From NCBI GenBank assembly GCA_964016885.1, contig OZ024741.1, positions 187,240,001-187,304,000 on the forward strand: a stretch of DNA of 64,000 nt. Direction: 5' to 3'. Position numbers and translations under genes: made by a program. The DNA is from Eledone cirrhosa (Eukaryota). The notes under the pieces are model-generated. The model saw only the letters and a list, made by a program, of their open reading frames with translations. It was not told the origin of the DNA and made no database searches. Below are positions 52,224-63,665 of the stretch, one piece after another (position 1 is the stretch's first letter; every line of letters begins with the position of its first letter).

Positions 52224-55200
52224 TCAAAAGGGAGGGGGCGTGTTGGGGATTGCACATACCCCCGAAAAGTGTGCAACCCTTTTCGCGGGGGAAGCCCAGA
52301 GAGGAGGCGCTCCCCCTTTCCTCTTCACTGCTTCATTTCTGAAGGGAGGAGGCGGCTTGATGTTCACCACAGACTCGGCGGTCAATCGAATCGGCGCTAC
52401 ACGCGACAGCAGTCGTTCGACGTAGCCCCACAGATCGGCAACGCCCGGGCAGCGTATCAGTGCGTGCGCAACGGTTTCCTCGTCGCGCACGCATCTGGGA
52501 CAGATCTTTTTCGCGGGATCCCTGCTCGGGCGCCCGTGTCTGTAGAGCCTTTCTCGAACGGGCATAGCCCCCCGGTAGCACTGCCAGGCTAGGGACCTCT
52601 GGAAGTTGTCCATGGGTCCCGGGCCGAAAGTTCTACCGAACAGGCTGGCCAGTTCGTCCTCCTCCATGCCTAGCGACTCTCCAAGGGTGTCGTCGCCCCT
52701 GCTAGCCACCAGCCCTCTATAGAATGTCGAGGTGGATTCTCCACTGATAGTCGGGTCTGCTTGCCAGAGAGCCGTGAGCGCCTGGGCACACTCGGTGTGC
52801 CAGTTGCCCAGTTTTCTCGGTCTTTGCTTCACCCAGGATTGCAGCTCGGTGAGCGAGACGAGCTGTGGGAAGGCTCGCCTCACAAACGGGGCCCACACCG
52901 GCTGACCGGTGAGGAATACCTGTAGATGCCGTAGCCTCAATGCGTGCCTACGCATCAACAGCCACGGCATACCCAGCCCTCCTTTCGAAGGGTGCTGGCA
53001 GCAGATGGATCTCCTCACCATGGGAGGCCGCTTCATCCAGAGAAACTGGAAGAGCATGCGCTCCATGATGGTGAGCGTTTCCTTGGGGCAAGGCACGACG
53101 GTCAGGCGGTAGTAGATGACGGACGCTATGTAAGCGTTCGTCACCTCCGCCCGACCTTTCAGTGATAGTTTGCACTTGGCCCACTTCTGGGTCAGCGCAA
53201 AGACCCTGCTCGTCACCTCGCCCCAATTCTTCTCCACCTGGAGATCCGGTCCGAACCAGACCCCGAGCAGCTTCACCGGGCCCTCCGTCCACCGCCCGAC
53301 GACACCGTCTAACGGCATCGGTTTGCCCCTCCACGTTCCGACTGACTTGTCCCGGTTCAGCCTAGCCCCCGTCAGCCTTTCGTATTCCTCCAGTAGGGTG
53401 GCGATCGCCCCGATTTTTGAGGCGTCCGCCACCATTACTGTTACGTCGTCGGCATAGGCCGAGACCGCTTTCTGCAATCCCGTTTCCAGGGGTATGCCCC
53501 GCAGCAACTCCAACTTCTGCAGCAGTGGCTCGAGAGTCAATACGTACAGAAGGGAGGAGAGGGGGCACCCCTGTCTGATGGACCGGGTGATTTGAAACGG
53601 CTCCGAGAGGTAGCCGTTTACTTTAATCCTAGAGTAGACGTTGCCACTGTGCATGGCAGAAATCCAGCCCCTGAAAACGGGTCCGAAGCCCGCCGCCGCT
53701 AGCACCGCATCCAGGTAACCATGGTCGACCCTATCGAACGCCTTAGATTGATCCAAGTTGATCAGGGCCCCACCAAAGCCAGGTTCGTTTCCAACCCTCT
53801 CTACGATGTATCGCATGAGGTGGAGGTTGTCGTGAATGGACCTGGACGGGATAGCGCATGTCTGCGCGTCTCCCACCAAACCACCCACCACAAGCGCCAA
53901 CCTCTTCGCCAACACCTTGGCCAAAATCTGCAACTCTGCATTCAGCAGAGTTATGGGCCTAAAGTTACTTAAGTCGTCCCCCTTGCTCTCGTCCTTCCTC
54001 ACTAGCGTGACTACGCCCTTGGTCACAGAACAGGGAATTCCCCCGTTCTGTTGCCAGTTGCAATAGACAGCCTCGAGGAGTTCGGAGAACAAGACCGGCA
54101 TAGCTAAATAAAGTTCGTATGGTAGACCATCAAGAGCCGGAGATTTGCGTCTGCTGCATTGGCTGAGCGCTTCCCCGATTTCAGTGGCTGTGATTGGCCT
54201 TTCGCAGCACTCCACTTCGCCGCTCGAAAGACGCGGTAGACCGTCGAGGTATGGACCGAAGTCCACATCCCCGTCTGGCCCCCCGCCCCATCCGAACAGT
54301 CGAGCAAAGTGCCTTTGAAAGGCCTCGCACATCCGCTCAGGTTCAAGGATCGCCCGTCCATCCTGGTCTCGCAAAGACCGAATGGTGGATTTAATCCCAC
54401 TCTTGGCTTCTGTCACGCGGGCCCAGCTAACAGCTTTGGTCCCCTCGTTTCCTAAAGCACGTATTTTACTTCGGACAACGCAGCCTTCGTGCTTCGCGTC
54501 AAAGAACTGGCTCAACGCCGTTCTCGACGCTAACACTCTGGCCACGTCTCCGCTCCTAATCGCCTCTTCTAGTTTATCTGTTAACTCCCTTTCCCTCCTA
54601 TTTCTATTCGCCGCTAGTTCCTTACTGTAACCTATCGAACTTACTCTAATCTCTCTCTTTAGAGATACCCACCACCTGCTGTTGACGATCGCTCCCGTCA
54701 ACTGCATCTTAACTAAGCTACTAATCCGGTTCCTGTAAGCTTCCTTTGCCGGCAAGGACAAGTTCATCTTCCAGTAACCGGGACCCTGTCTATGCGTTCT
54801 ATCAAGGTTGACCACGCAGGTCACTAATTTGTGATCTGAATAGCCAACCATGAGCAATTCTGGACAACTAAATACGTCCCTATCCTTACTCCTAACCAAA
54901 AACCTATCTAGGTACGATCTAGATTGACCACTGCGGTTTGCCCAGGTCCAGGTTGGCACAGTTGGAAAATCTAGTCGAAATCTATCGACCAGGTCGAATC
55001 GATCGAGTAACCCCTTGAGGCTACTACACCCCCCTCTATCGGGACATGCCCCTGCATAGTCCCAACGCGCATCTAGGATTCCATTCCAGTCCCCCACTAA
55101 AAGCAGGGAACGCGACGTTCCTAGAAAAGTCTCCAGACGCTGGAAGAAGTCGGCTCTTTCAGCCCCGAAGGGGGCATAAAGACCGACCAGTCTGAAAGCC

Positions 55201-55502
55201 CCACCTTCACCGCCTCCGACGTCCAGCACCAGTAATCGACCCCCCAGGTCCGAGTGAACAATTTGTACGTCGAGAGCCAGACGTTTATCCAGCGGTACGG
55301 CAACCCCACCCCCGCCTCCGGGTTGACAGAGAGAAGCGTGCATCTCAAAGTCATCGAAGGCGGGAGCCAGCTGTCGCACGCTGCTGATCCGACTCTCGCA
55401 AACAACCATCACATATATACTTCGTGACCTGAGGTCACTTAGAAGTTTTGCTTGCTTCCAAGCTGAGCCCAGGCCACGCGCATTCAAACAGCCAACTCTC
55501 AA
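52224..55502 (-). CDS. ORF2: APE endonuclease + reverse transcriptase + C-terminal zinc knuckle (C-terminus deleted)
   Basis: CLNARGL, LYAP, VGDWN, SYLDRF, SDHK (APE); NFRPITLLN, LDQSKAFD, RQGCPLS, AYADD (RT); CPRC..EETVAHALIRC; no ATG at the N-terminus. Confidence 0.9.
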   Translation of the reverse strand: MRVGCLNARGLGSAWKQAKLLSDLRSRSIYVMVVCESRISSVRQLAPAFDDFEMHASLCQPGGGGGVAVPLDKRLALDVQIVHSDLGGRLLVLDVGGGEGGAFRLVGLYAPFGAERADFFQRLETFLGTSRSLLLVGDWNGILDARWDYAGACPDRGGCSSLKGLLDRFDLVDRFRLDFPTVPTWTWANRSGQSRSYLDRFLVRSKDRDVFSCPELLMVGYSDHKLVTCVVNLDRTHRQGPGYWKMNLSLPAKEAYRNRISSLVKMQLTGAIVNSRWWVSLKREIRVSSIGYSKELAANRNRRERELTDKLEEAIRSGDVARVLASRTALSQFFDAKHEGCVVRSKIRALGNEGTKAVSWARVTEAKSGIKSTIRSLRDQDGRAILEPERMCEAFQRHFARLFGWGGGPDGDVDFGPYLDGLPRLSSGEVECCERPITATEIGEALSQCSRRKSPALDGLPYELYLAMPVLFSELLEAVYCNWQQNGGIPCSVTKGVVTLVRKDESKGDDLSNFRPITLLNAELQILAKVLAKRLALVVGGLVGDAQTCAIPSRSIHDNLHLMRYIVERVGNEPGFGGALINLDQSKAFDRVDHGYLDAVLAAAGFGPVFRGWISAMHSGNVYSRIKVNGYLSEPFQITRSIRQGCPLSSLLYVLTLEPLLQKLELLRGIPLETGLQKAVSAYADDVTVMVADASKIGAIATLLEEYERLTGARLNRDKSVGTWRGKPMPLDGVVGRWTEGPVKLLGVWFGPDLQVEKNWGEVTSRVFALTQKWAKCKLSLKGRAEVTNAYIASVIYYRLTVVPCPKETLTIMERMLFQFLWMKRPPMVRRSICCQHPSKGGLGMPWLLMRRHALRLRHLQVFLTGQPVWAPFVRRAFPQLVSLTELQSWVKQRPRKLGNWHTECAQALTALWQADPTISGESTSTFYRGLVASRGDDTLGESLGMEEDELASLFGRTFGPGPMDNFQRSLAWQCYRGAMPVRERLYRHGRPSRDPAKKICPRCVRDEETVAHALIRCPGVADLWGYVERLLSRVAPIRLTAESVVNIKPPPPFRNEAVKRKGGAPPLWASPAKRVAHFSGVCAIPNTPPPF

Positions 55503-56108
55503 TTGATCTATTTTGGTGTTGAAAGTGAAGAAAGAAAAGCACCTACCTCTCCGGGTTGTGTAATTTCCATGGCGTCGGGTGTGTTGGGTGGAGGGATGTT
55601 TTGTGGTGGTGTGGGGGTATCCGAGTGTGGTGGGGTTGGGGTATTTGGAGTTGTGTCAGGGAGAGGGGAGGTTATGGGGAAATCTTTCAAGAGGACGCGA
55701 TTTAACGGTTTTAAACAGGGGGGGGGGGGGGGCTCACGTCCTGTTTAAATTGTTCTTTTAAGGAACGATAAAGGTCCAGAGGGACTTTTATCATTTTTTA
55801 ATGAGATAAAGTTTGGCCCTTCGGTCTACACCAAAGGGCAATTGTTTATTAATTTAAACAGTTTTTTGTTTTCTTTATTTATATATGTGTATTGCAAAGT
55901 CTTTTTTTGTGATGCTGTCAATGTTTCGAAGAGGGGAGGCGCAGATTTATTTTTGTTTGTCGATGGTGGGGTGTTTTTGATTGGAGTTGGTGTTTGTGTG
56001 TGGGTTATTTGTTGTTGAGGTGTGCTGGGTGTGTGTTTTCGTTTTTTTCTTTTAACTTGTCTGAAGGCTTCTCCTTCTTCTTCAGAAGTTGGGGGAAACT
56101 CTTCAGCG

Positions 56109-57275
56109 CTAGGTGGGAGGGACGTGGTGTCTGGTTGTTTTATTTTTGCGGGAGGGGTAGATTTGTTGCTGTTTTTTTTTATTATTTGTTTGGAATGCGT
56201 TTTGTGGTGGTGGTGGTGATGTTTGTGTCGTGCTTGTGGTTGGTGATGGTGGTGGTGATGTTTGTGTTGTGGTTGGTGATGGTGGTGGTGATTTTTGTGT
56301 CGTGCTTGTGTTTGGTGCTGGTGGTGGTGATGTTTGTGTTGTGCTTGTGGTTGGTGGTGTCTGTATTTTGTTTGCTGTGTGTGGTATTAGTGTATTTTTG
56401 GAGGTGGGTGGTGTTGGTGTACTGTTTGTGGTGGGTGTGGGCAATAGTCCTTTTTGGGGGATACGATTCGGGCAGTTAGCCTTAACGTGTCCCCTTTCCG
56501 TGCATGAATAGCATGCTGGTCTTCTCCCCTCTACAATTATATATATTGGGGTGGGGTCATCCAGCCAGATGCGATCCGGGATTTGCGCTATTCTTTCGGG
56601 CCTCATTTGGACTAGTAGGTCGAGGCCCATTCCCAGGAACGCATCTCCAGATGCCTTCCCCATTGACAGCACTGTGTCCTCGCCCATGTCTATGAAGCCT
56701 GCAATAGCCCACCAGAAGTCCATTGTGGGCAGCATTGTCTGTATTTTGACTCTCTGTGTTCTTCTACCCATGTAGGAGGGATAGAAGCTGTATGCTGTTG
56801 ATGAGAGTGGGCTTAGGGAAAGTCTCTGCGCTGTTTCCCTGTCTTTTGATAAGACCGAAATGCTGCCATAGAGTCGGTCCTTTCGTATGAAGAGAATATT
56901 CTTCATATAGTCTTTTAGGACCAACTCTATCTCCATTTGGCTGGGCTGTGCTGGCTTTCTCGTTTGGTTTAGGATTGTTCTGAACAGAACAGTGCTTTCA
57001 TTTCTCGTTTTCTTGAATTCTGGGGGGGAATTAATGGAAAACATTCCGTTCTCCCCCAAGACTATGTGTTTTTTTGCTTCTGCCAGTTTTTCTCTGGCGG
57101 CAGTTAAGTCTATAGGTGTATATATTATAGATCTTCTTGTTGTCTTGGCGAAAGTTGCCTTGTTGTTTTTTGTATTCTTATTTTCTGTTTGTTTGTTTTC
57201 CGTTTGCTCATTTTCCGTAACATTTGTTTTTTCATTTTCCTTGTTTGTTTCGTTGTCTAGTTTTGTTGTATCCAT
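56109..57275 (-). CDS. ORF1 gag-like nucleic-acid-binding protein; probably ran on to the stop at 55508 before disruption
   Basis: ATG in AAAATGG context; CYSCTERGHVKANC CX2CX4HX4C knuckle; Pro/Thr-rich tandem repeats at ~56205-56360. Confidence 0.8.
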   Translation of the reverse strand: MDTTKLDNETNKENEKTNVTENEQTENKQTENKNTKNNKATFAKTTRRSIIYTPIDLTAAREKLAEAKKHIVLGENGMFSINSPPEFKKTRNESTVLFRTILNQTRKPAQPSQMEIELVLKDYMKNILFIRKDRLYGSISVLSKDRETAQRLSLSPLSSTAYSFYPSYMGRRTQRVKIQTMLPTMDFWWAIAGFIDMGEDTVLSMGKASGDAFLGMGLDLLVQMRPERIAQIPDRIWLDDPTPIYIIVEGRRPACYSCTERGHVKANCPNRIPQKGLLPTPTTNSTPTPPTSKNTLIPHTANKIQTPPTTSTTQTSPPPAPNTSTTQKSPPPSPTTTQTSPPPSPTTSTTQTSPPPPQNAFQTNNKKKQQQIYPSRKNKTTRHHVPPT

Positions 57276-57543
57276 TTTTTGTTCTTCAGACTTGGGGGCG
57301 TTGCAGAGCTAATGGCAGACATGTCTGCCATCTTTCCTGCCATGCTGCCAAGAAAGAAGTTTTACAGAAAAATAGTTGTTTATTTTACCCCCTAAAAAGG
57401 GGGTAAATGTAAAAATGTTTCCCTAGATAACAGGGGTAAGTGTTCCAAATGTGTTGCACTGAAAAAATTCACTGGTACTTACTATAGTAAGGGTAAATTC
57501 CGATAGAATAGCGGAGCCGATGTGAAGCGTGTCTCACTCTATC

Positions 57544-57621
<78 letters not shown>

Positions 57622-58002
57622 TGTTTCTTTATTAGCCACAGGGGCACAAAAGAAGAGGACAAATACAAAGGGGGAAGTTTACATACAATAAAGACGTGTA
57701 AAATGTTATCACAAATGCAATTTAAAAAATTAGTCGATTTGGCCCAATAGGGGGAGACAGTTTATATGGGTAACACATACCCCCGACAAAATGTGCAACC
57801 CTCATCTCCAGGAGTACGAAGAGTTTGTACTCCTTTCCTCTCCGCCTCCTTTTCCTCAACCTACAGGCTGATATAGAGAGAAGGCCCATTCACTCGGGCC
57901 ATTCTCGCCACTTTCACCCACCTTTCATAAAACTTGCTGGGGTACAGCACCTCTCTCTCCATCCTGATTTTTCTTCCAAAGTGGTATTTGAAAAAAAGAA
58001 TC
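57622..58002 (-). mobile_element. Tx1/L1-type LINE copy C (3' tip only)
   Basis: Homologous to ORF2 end and 3' UTR of copy A; GCCCCTGTGGCTAATAAAGAAACAT(ATCT)n; (GATA)n on both sides. Confidence 0.85.
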
Positions 58003-58028
58003 AGATAGATAGATAGATAGATAGATAT

Positions 58029-58546
58029 ATTTCTTTATTAGCCACAAGGGCGCACAAGAAAGGGGGACAATACAAAGACGTGCCGGGGATTTTACATACA
58101 GCCGTGTAAAAAATATAAAACAAACAATTATAACAATCGAAATCCCCAATAAGGGGGTAGCGCCACAAATGGGTTGTTTAATACCCCGTCGATAGAACAA
58201 CCCTCAACTTCAGGAGCGTGTTGTACAAGTGCTCATTTCTTCCTTTTGCTCTATTCTTTAACCTACAGGCTTATAAACAGAGAAGGCCCAATCACTCGGG
58301 CCATTTTTGTCACCTTTCAGTAAATTTACTGGGGTGCAGTGCCTCTCTCTCCACCCTGATTCTCCTTCTAAAGTGATACCTAAAGAAGGGAATGAGTTGT
58401 TGTCCAGAGAGAAAGGCGTCTGCCCTCAGTACTCTCGATCTCGTCCACCATATAACCTCTTTCACCATAGCCACTGTACAGAGGAAAACCGTTTCTCTTT
58501 CGTTTTTGAAAGAAGTTGGCGGTTTGATCCTTACTATGGACTCGGC
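58029..58546 (-). mobile_element. Tx1/L1-type LINE copy D (degenerate 3' fragment)
   Basis: Homologous to 50080-50637; GCCCTTGTGGCTAATAAAGAAATAT(ATCT)n; decayed GATA repeats at 58547-58578. Confidence 0.85.
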
Positions 58547-58894
58547 AGATAGATAGAATAGATTAGATGAACAGATAGAAAAGTATATATATATATATCA
58601 TTTAATTTTTTTATCATTTATTTTGTTTTGACCTGCTTAGCTTGATTTGGTTTGGGGCTTGGGTGGTTAATGCCTTCTTGACCACCTTTTTAGTTTTGTA
58701 TGGTTTCTTAACACATTGTTTAGCTCTGGTTTTTAACTATTGAGCACTTTGCCAGTGTCATTTCTGATTTTTGCGTTTCGCTTCGCTTTTCCTGCCCGCC
58801 GAAATGCGATTCTCGCTGAATCTTTATTTGTATATATATATATATATATATATATTTATTAAAATAACAGATTAAAGTTTAAGCAAGAATCGCT

Positions 58895-58905
58895 GGGTCA
58901 TACTT

Positions 58906-58940
<35 letters not shown>

Positions 58941-59150
58941 AGAAAGTATGACCCCGGCGGCAGAGCACAAGCCGTTTCGACGGCTATTTCTGGACTAAAG
59001 TAAGAGTTTAGTCCAGAAATAGCCGTCGAAACGGCTTGAGCTCTGCCCTCGAGGTCATACTTTCTCCTATTACCCAGTGTAGTACCCTAAGTATTGAGTA
59101 CTCTGGTGCGTTATGGTCCATCTGGTTCCTTACCACAACTCCTCCGTTAT
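58895..59150. repeat. Fold-back element; second copy at ~62828-63010
   Basis: AAGCCGTTTCGACGGCTATTTCTGGACTAAA..TTTAGTCCAGAAATAGCCGTCGAAACGGCTT with shared tail AAGTATTGAGTACTCTGGT..CCTTACCACAA. Confidence 0.8.
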
Positions 59151-59269
59151 ATATATATATATATCACCTTGATCGACAGTCTGTCGGGCGCCTTTCGGCG
59201 CCGCTGGTCACAGCACATGCTATTTTAGCCATACGATTACGCCATCGCACTGGCTGGGCGGACAGGCCG

Positions 59270-59302
<33 letters not shown>

Positions 59303-59336
59303 TATAAGTGGTTACACAACAGTTAGTTCACCATAC

Positions 59337-59374
59337 CGAGAACAATTGTTTCATCTTAGCGGATCCTCAGCTCG
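59337..59374 (-). ncRNA. Minimal hammerhead-like motif
   Basis: CGAG-CTGAGGA-TCCGCTAAGAT-GAAA-CAATTG-TT^CTCG; weak stem II. Confidence 0.55.
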
Positions 59375-59719
59375 TAATCGACATGGTTATCCGTATAACC
59401 ATGTGACTGAGTACTCTACCACTACGGATATTAACTTCCAGTGTTCTACCACTATATATATATATATATATTGATTTAAAACTTCACTTTTCACAAGTGT
59501 TTTTTTAAGTTTCATATTATGTATCCCTATTTTTCTGATGAAAACGCAAATATCATTCCATGATGATATTTGTTTTTGAAATGCGCATAATAAAATACTT
59601 GGAACTCTTTTAACCATCTTTTGATCTTATATTATTTATACTCCAGTCCTATAAACTGTGGAGTGCTACTTATCCGATATTTGCATTGCTTTATTGTGTT
59701 ACAATAAAACTCACCTCCT

Positions 59720-59733
59720 ACATATATATATAT

Positions 59734-59788
<55 letters not shown>

Positions 59789-59803
59789 TATATACATATA
59801 TAT

Positions 59804-59862
<59 letters not shown>

Positions 59863-59893
59863 TATACATATATATACACATATATATATATAT

Positions 59894-59944
<51 letters not shown>

Positions 59945-59984
59945 TATACATATATATACACATATATACATATATATACACATA

Positions 59985-60076
<92 letters not shown>

Positions 60077-60079
60077 TAT

Positions 60080-60126
<47 letters not shown>
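59720..60126. repeat. (TA)n/(CATA) tract
   Basis: Direct reading. Confidence 0.95.
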
Positions 60127-60128
<2 letters not shown>

Positions 60129-60546
60129 AAACCGGAGTTAAATACTAACGTCAATACCTGTAATTAGTGACATTAAAGTACAAGAATTGGGTTATTTACA
60201 ATATAATATAAAGAAATGAACGCATAAAGAAGTGTGTTTGAATTACATGGGGGAAAACCACTGTGGTTCAATGCACATAATGTACGAAAAAACGGAAAAT
60301 ACATAGCCGGGAAAAGTGAGTTAAGATGTACTAAACATTTCAATAACTATTTAATTCCTGGACAAACAACAGATAGTTGTTTCGCCGAAAATTAGTGATT
60401 GCGTCATAGAATCTCAGATTTTCTCAACAGATGTAAAGATAGTATTAACAGCACTCCTAGAGATAATTCAGGTAACTAAATATCACGCCATGTAATTCAT
60501 AACACACTTCTTGTGTGTCATTTCTATATATTATATTATATTACAT

Positions 60547-60582
<36 letters not shown>

Positions 60583-60772
60583 AATTAGTATATCTAGTAA
60601 CATATATATACACAGATGCATACTTATGCTACCAAATATATAGGTTTTGTCTTAGTAACTTTGTGCTTCTCCGTACGTTTCTTCGGAAACTATGTTTATT
60701 CCCTTTCAGAAACTAATTAGTTGGAGTGAAATTTTAGTAAGTAAGTTAATATTATAATTTTCTTATTTTACG

Positions 60773-61036
<264 letters not shown>

Positions 61037-61180
61037 TAGATTGAGTTAGAAACTCAAAATAGTCTTTTATAATTAAATAGCTCAAAAAAACTTGGTCATT
61101 TGCAATTGGGACACATGTATACTTATATCGGTGTTCATCCCTCTCATTTTTCCAATTATATATATATATATATGTATATA

Positions 61181-62005
61181 TATGTTGAAAAGGTAACACA
61201 CTATAGAAAGACAGAGTGCCATCAATAAAACAGGTAAAACCACCAGTGTATGGAATCTATAACCTATGAAAGGCAGGGTAGAAACACAATAATTAAAAAT
61301 ATAAATTAAAATGTATATACGCACCTCTATAACTATATAACACACGCGTACAAATCTAAAGAGATGTTTCGGCAGGAAGTTGTTGACTGAAATGGAATAG
61401 CCCATGGCTCATCAGCGCGTGCATGGCGATACATTCCAGACAACTCTAAGAGAATCTAAAGCGACCGCCCAGCTACACGCGGCAGAGAGATGTCACAGCG
61501 TGTTTAGGGCAGGGAACTAGTGGTATCTGAGGGACGAGTTGCTAGAAAGGGCAGCCCAAAAACCACTCAAAGAAGTGTGCTCAACCAAACAGAGAGAGAG
61601 GAAAGACTGTTAGGGAATAACGAGAGTCTATGGCTCCGTTAATTTATCGGTATATATATATATATACAATCTGTTGAAAAGGTAACACACTAGAGGGAGA
61701 TAGTGCGCCATAGCTGGGCGGTCGCTTTAGATTCTCTTAGAGTTGTCTGGAATGTATAGCCTTACACACGCTAATGAACCATGGGCTACTTCATTTCAGT
61801 TAACAACTTCCTGGCGAAACAGATCTCCTTGGATTTGTACGTGTGTTATATAATTATAGAGGTACGTATTTACACTTTAGTTTATATTTTTAATTATCGT
61901 GTCTCTACCCTGCCTTCCATAGGTTATAGATTCCATACACTGGTGGTTTTCCCTGTTTTATTGATGGCGCACTATCTCTCTCTAGTGTGTTACCTTTTCA
62001 ACATA
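61181..62005. mobile_element. Large fold-back (~295-bp arms) Penelope-like element with full-stem hammerheads
   Basis: 61181-61475 inverted at 61711-62005. Confidence 0.8.
61343..61421 (-). ncRNA. Type I hammerhead ribozyme with extended stem III (mutated inverted copy 61764-61846)
   Basis: CACGCG-CTGATGA-GCCA...GCC-GAAA-CATCTC..AGATTTG-TA^CGCGTG; plus-strand copy shows stem III CAGATCT/GGATTTG with core CTAATGA. Confidence 0.7.
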
Positions 62006-62221
62006 TTGTGTTTTAAAGAGCTCAGGATTCCTACTCCTTTGGCAGTATCGGTAGAGAGTCGAACGCCATGCATTCCAGCATAGTTCGATCCCACCGCTGG
62101 GCACATTTTACCAGACCTGTCAACTTTCCCATTCCGACGGGGAGATCTCCCACCCACTTTGTGATGGGTGAGAGATGTCTTCTCTTGTGAAAATGGGTAT
62201 AGCTTTCATTATGTAAAATCT

Positions 62222-62409
62222 GGTGGATTGGCAGTATCGGTAGAGGGTCGGACGCCATGCTTTCCAGCTTAGTTACGTCCCTTTACGATCTGAGTTCAAA
62301 TCCCGCCGAGGTTGACTTTGCCTTTCATCCTTACGGGGTCGATAAAATAAAGTACCAGTAATGCACTGGGTAATTGCTGGCGTTGTGCCTAAAGTAGAAA
62401 CAATTATTT
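62222..62409 (+). mobile_element. Full-length tRNA-derived SINE (head fragment also at 62040-62085)
   Basis: Near-consensus A box, B box, body and tail. Confidence 0.9.
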
Positions 62410-62541
62410 ACAGGGAATAGCGAGAGTCTATGGCTCCGTTAATTTATGGGGAATACAATTTTACAATAGATTAGAAGTTCGACAAGGTATTTTCCTGGAG
62501 TATTTAATATTATTCAAAATCTTAATTTTGAATAAGATTTG

Positions 62542-62607
<66 letters not shown>

Positions 62608-63007
62608 ATAATAATAAATTTGAAAACTAAAATCCAAAGAGGCCCCGATAAGGATAAATATATATCATATATATAAGAACCCTAGAGCAAAGATTTATTA
62701 AAATAACAGATTAAAGTTTAAGCAAAGAATCGCTGCATTCAACCTTAACGGGATCTAAGTATTGAGTACTCTGGTCCGTTATGGTCGATCTGGTTCCTTA
62801 CCACAATTCCTTTGTTATATATATATATAGGAAAAAGTAAGACCCCGACGGCAGAGCTCAAGCCGTTTCGACGGCTATTTCTAGACTCAGTCTAGAAATA
62901 GCCATCGAAACGTTTTAAAATTCTTTTCCTATTAGCCACTCTACTACCCTAAGTATTGAATACTCTGGTGTGTTATGGTCCATCTGGTTCCTTACCACAA
63001 TTCCTTC

Positions 63008-63056
<49 letters not shown>

Positions 63057-63361
63057 GGAGGCTTAGTAAAATCGAATCTTTGACGGTGTGCAAGCAAATT
63101 CGACCTACGATATGAATGAGTAGGTCCTTAGAGTAAAAACATACGTTTAAATAGCTTGACAAATTGAACATTGTGGTAGGCAAAATCTAACACACAATAC
63201 CAAAGTAACGAAAGAACTAACAGGTTGAAAAAATACACCTGGACAAATCAAACGTTATACGTTTAAAGTGTTTCTATGAAATCGAAATCAAATATCAGAC
63301 TTACGTAACTGGCAAGCTCGTGGTATTCATGATCGAACAGAGGACTCATTTCATCAACAGG

Positions 63362-63418
<57 letters not shown>

Positions 63419-63623
63419 AAAAAATAGAGGTGTAACAGATTATAGCAAACATCACGAGCGCTCTATCTCAAAATTATTTTTGAAAAGCATTAGAAATGCG
63501 CAACCGGGTAAAAACTTAAAACTAAAACTGAATACTAACCAATACTTATTACTAAGTTATACTTATTCCTAATTAAACTATTTTTCACTGGGAAAAATTT
63601 GTCAGCATTTTATTTTCCTTTTA

Positions 63624-63665
<42 letters not shown>

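Larger units (their letters stand above)
52105..57545 (-). mobile_element. Near full-length Tx1/L1-type LINE copy B between (GATA)n tracts
   Basis: 5' UTR, ORF1 with CCHC knuckle, ORF2 APE+RT, 3' UTR with AATAAA; (GATA)n at 52066-52104 and 57545-57621. Confidence 0.93.
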
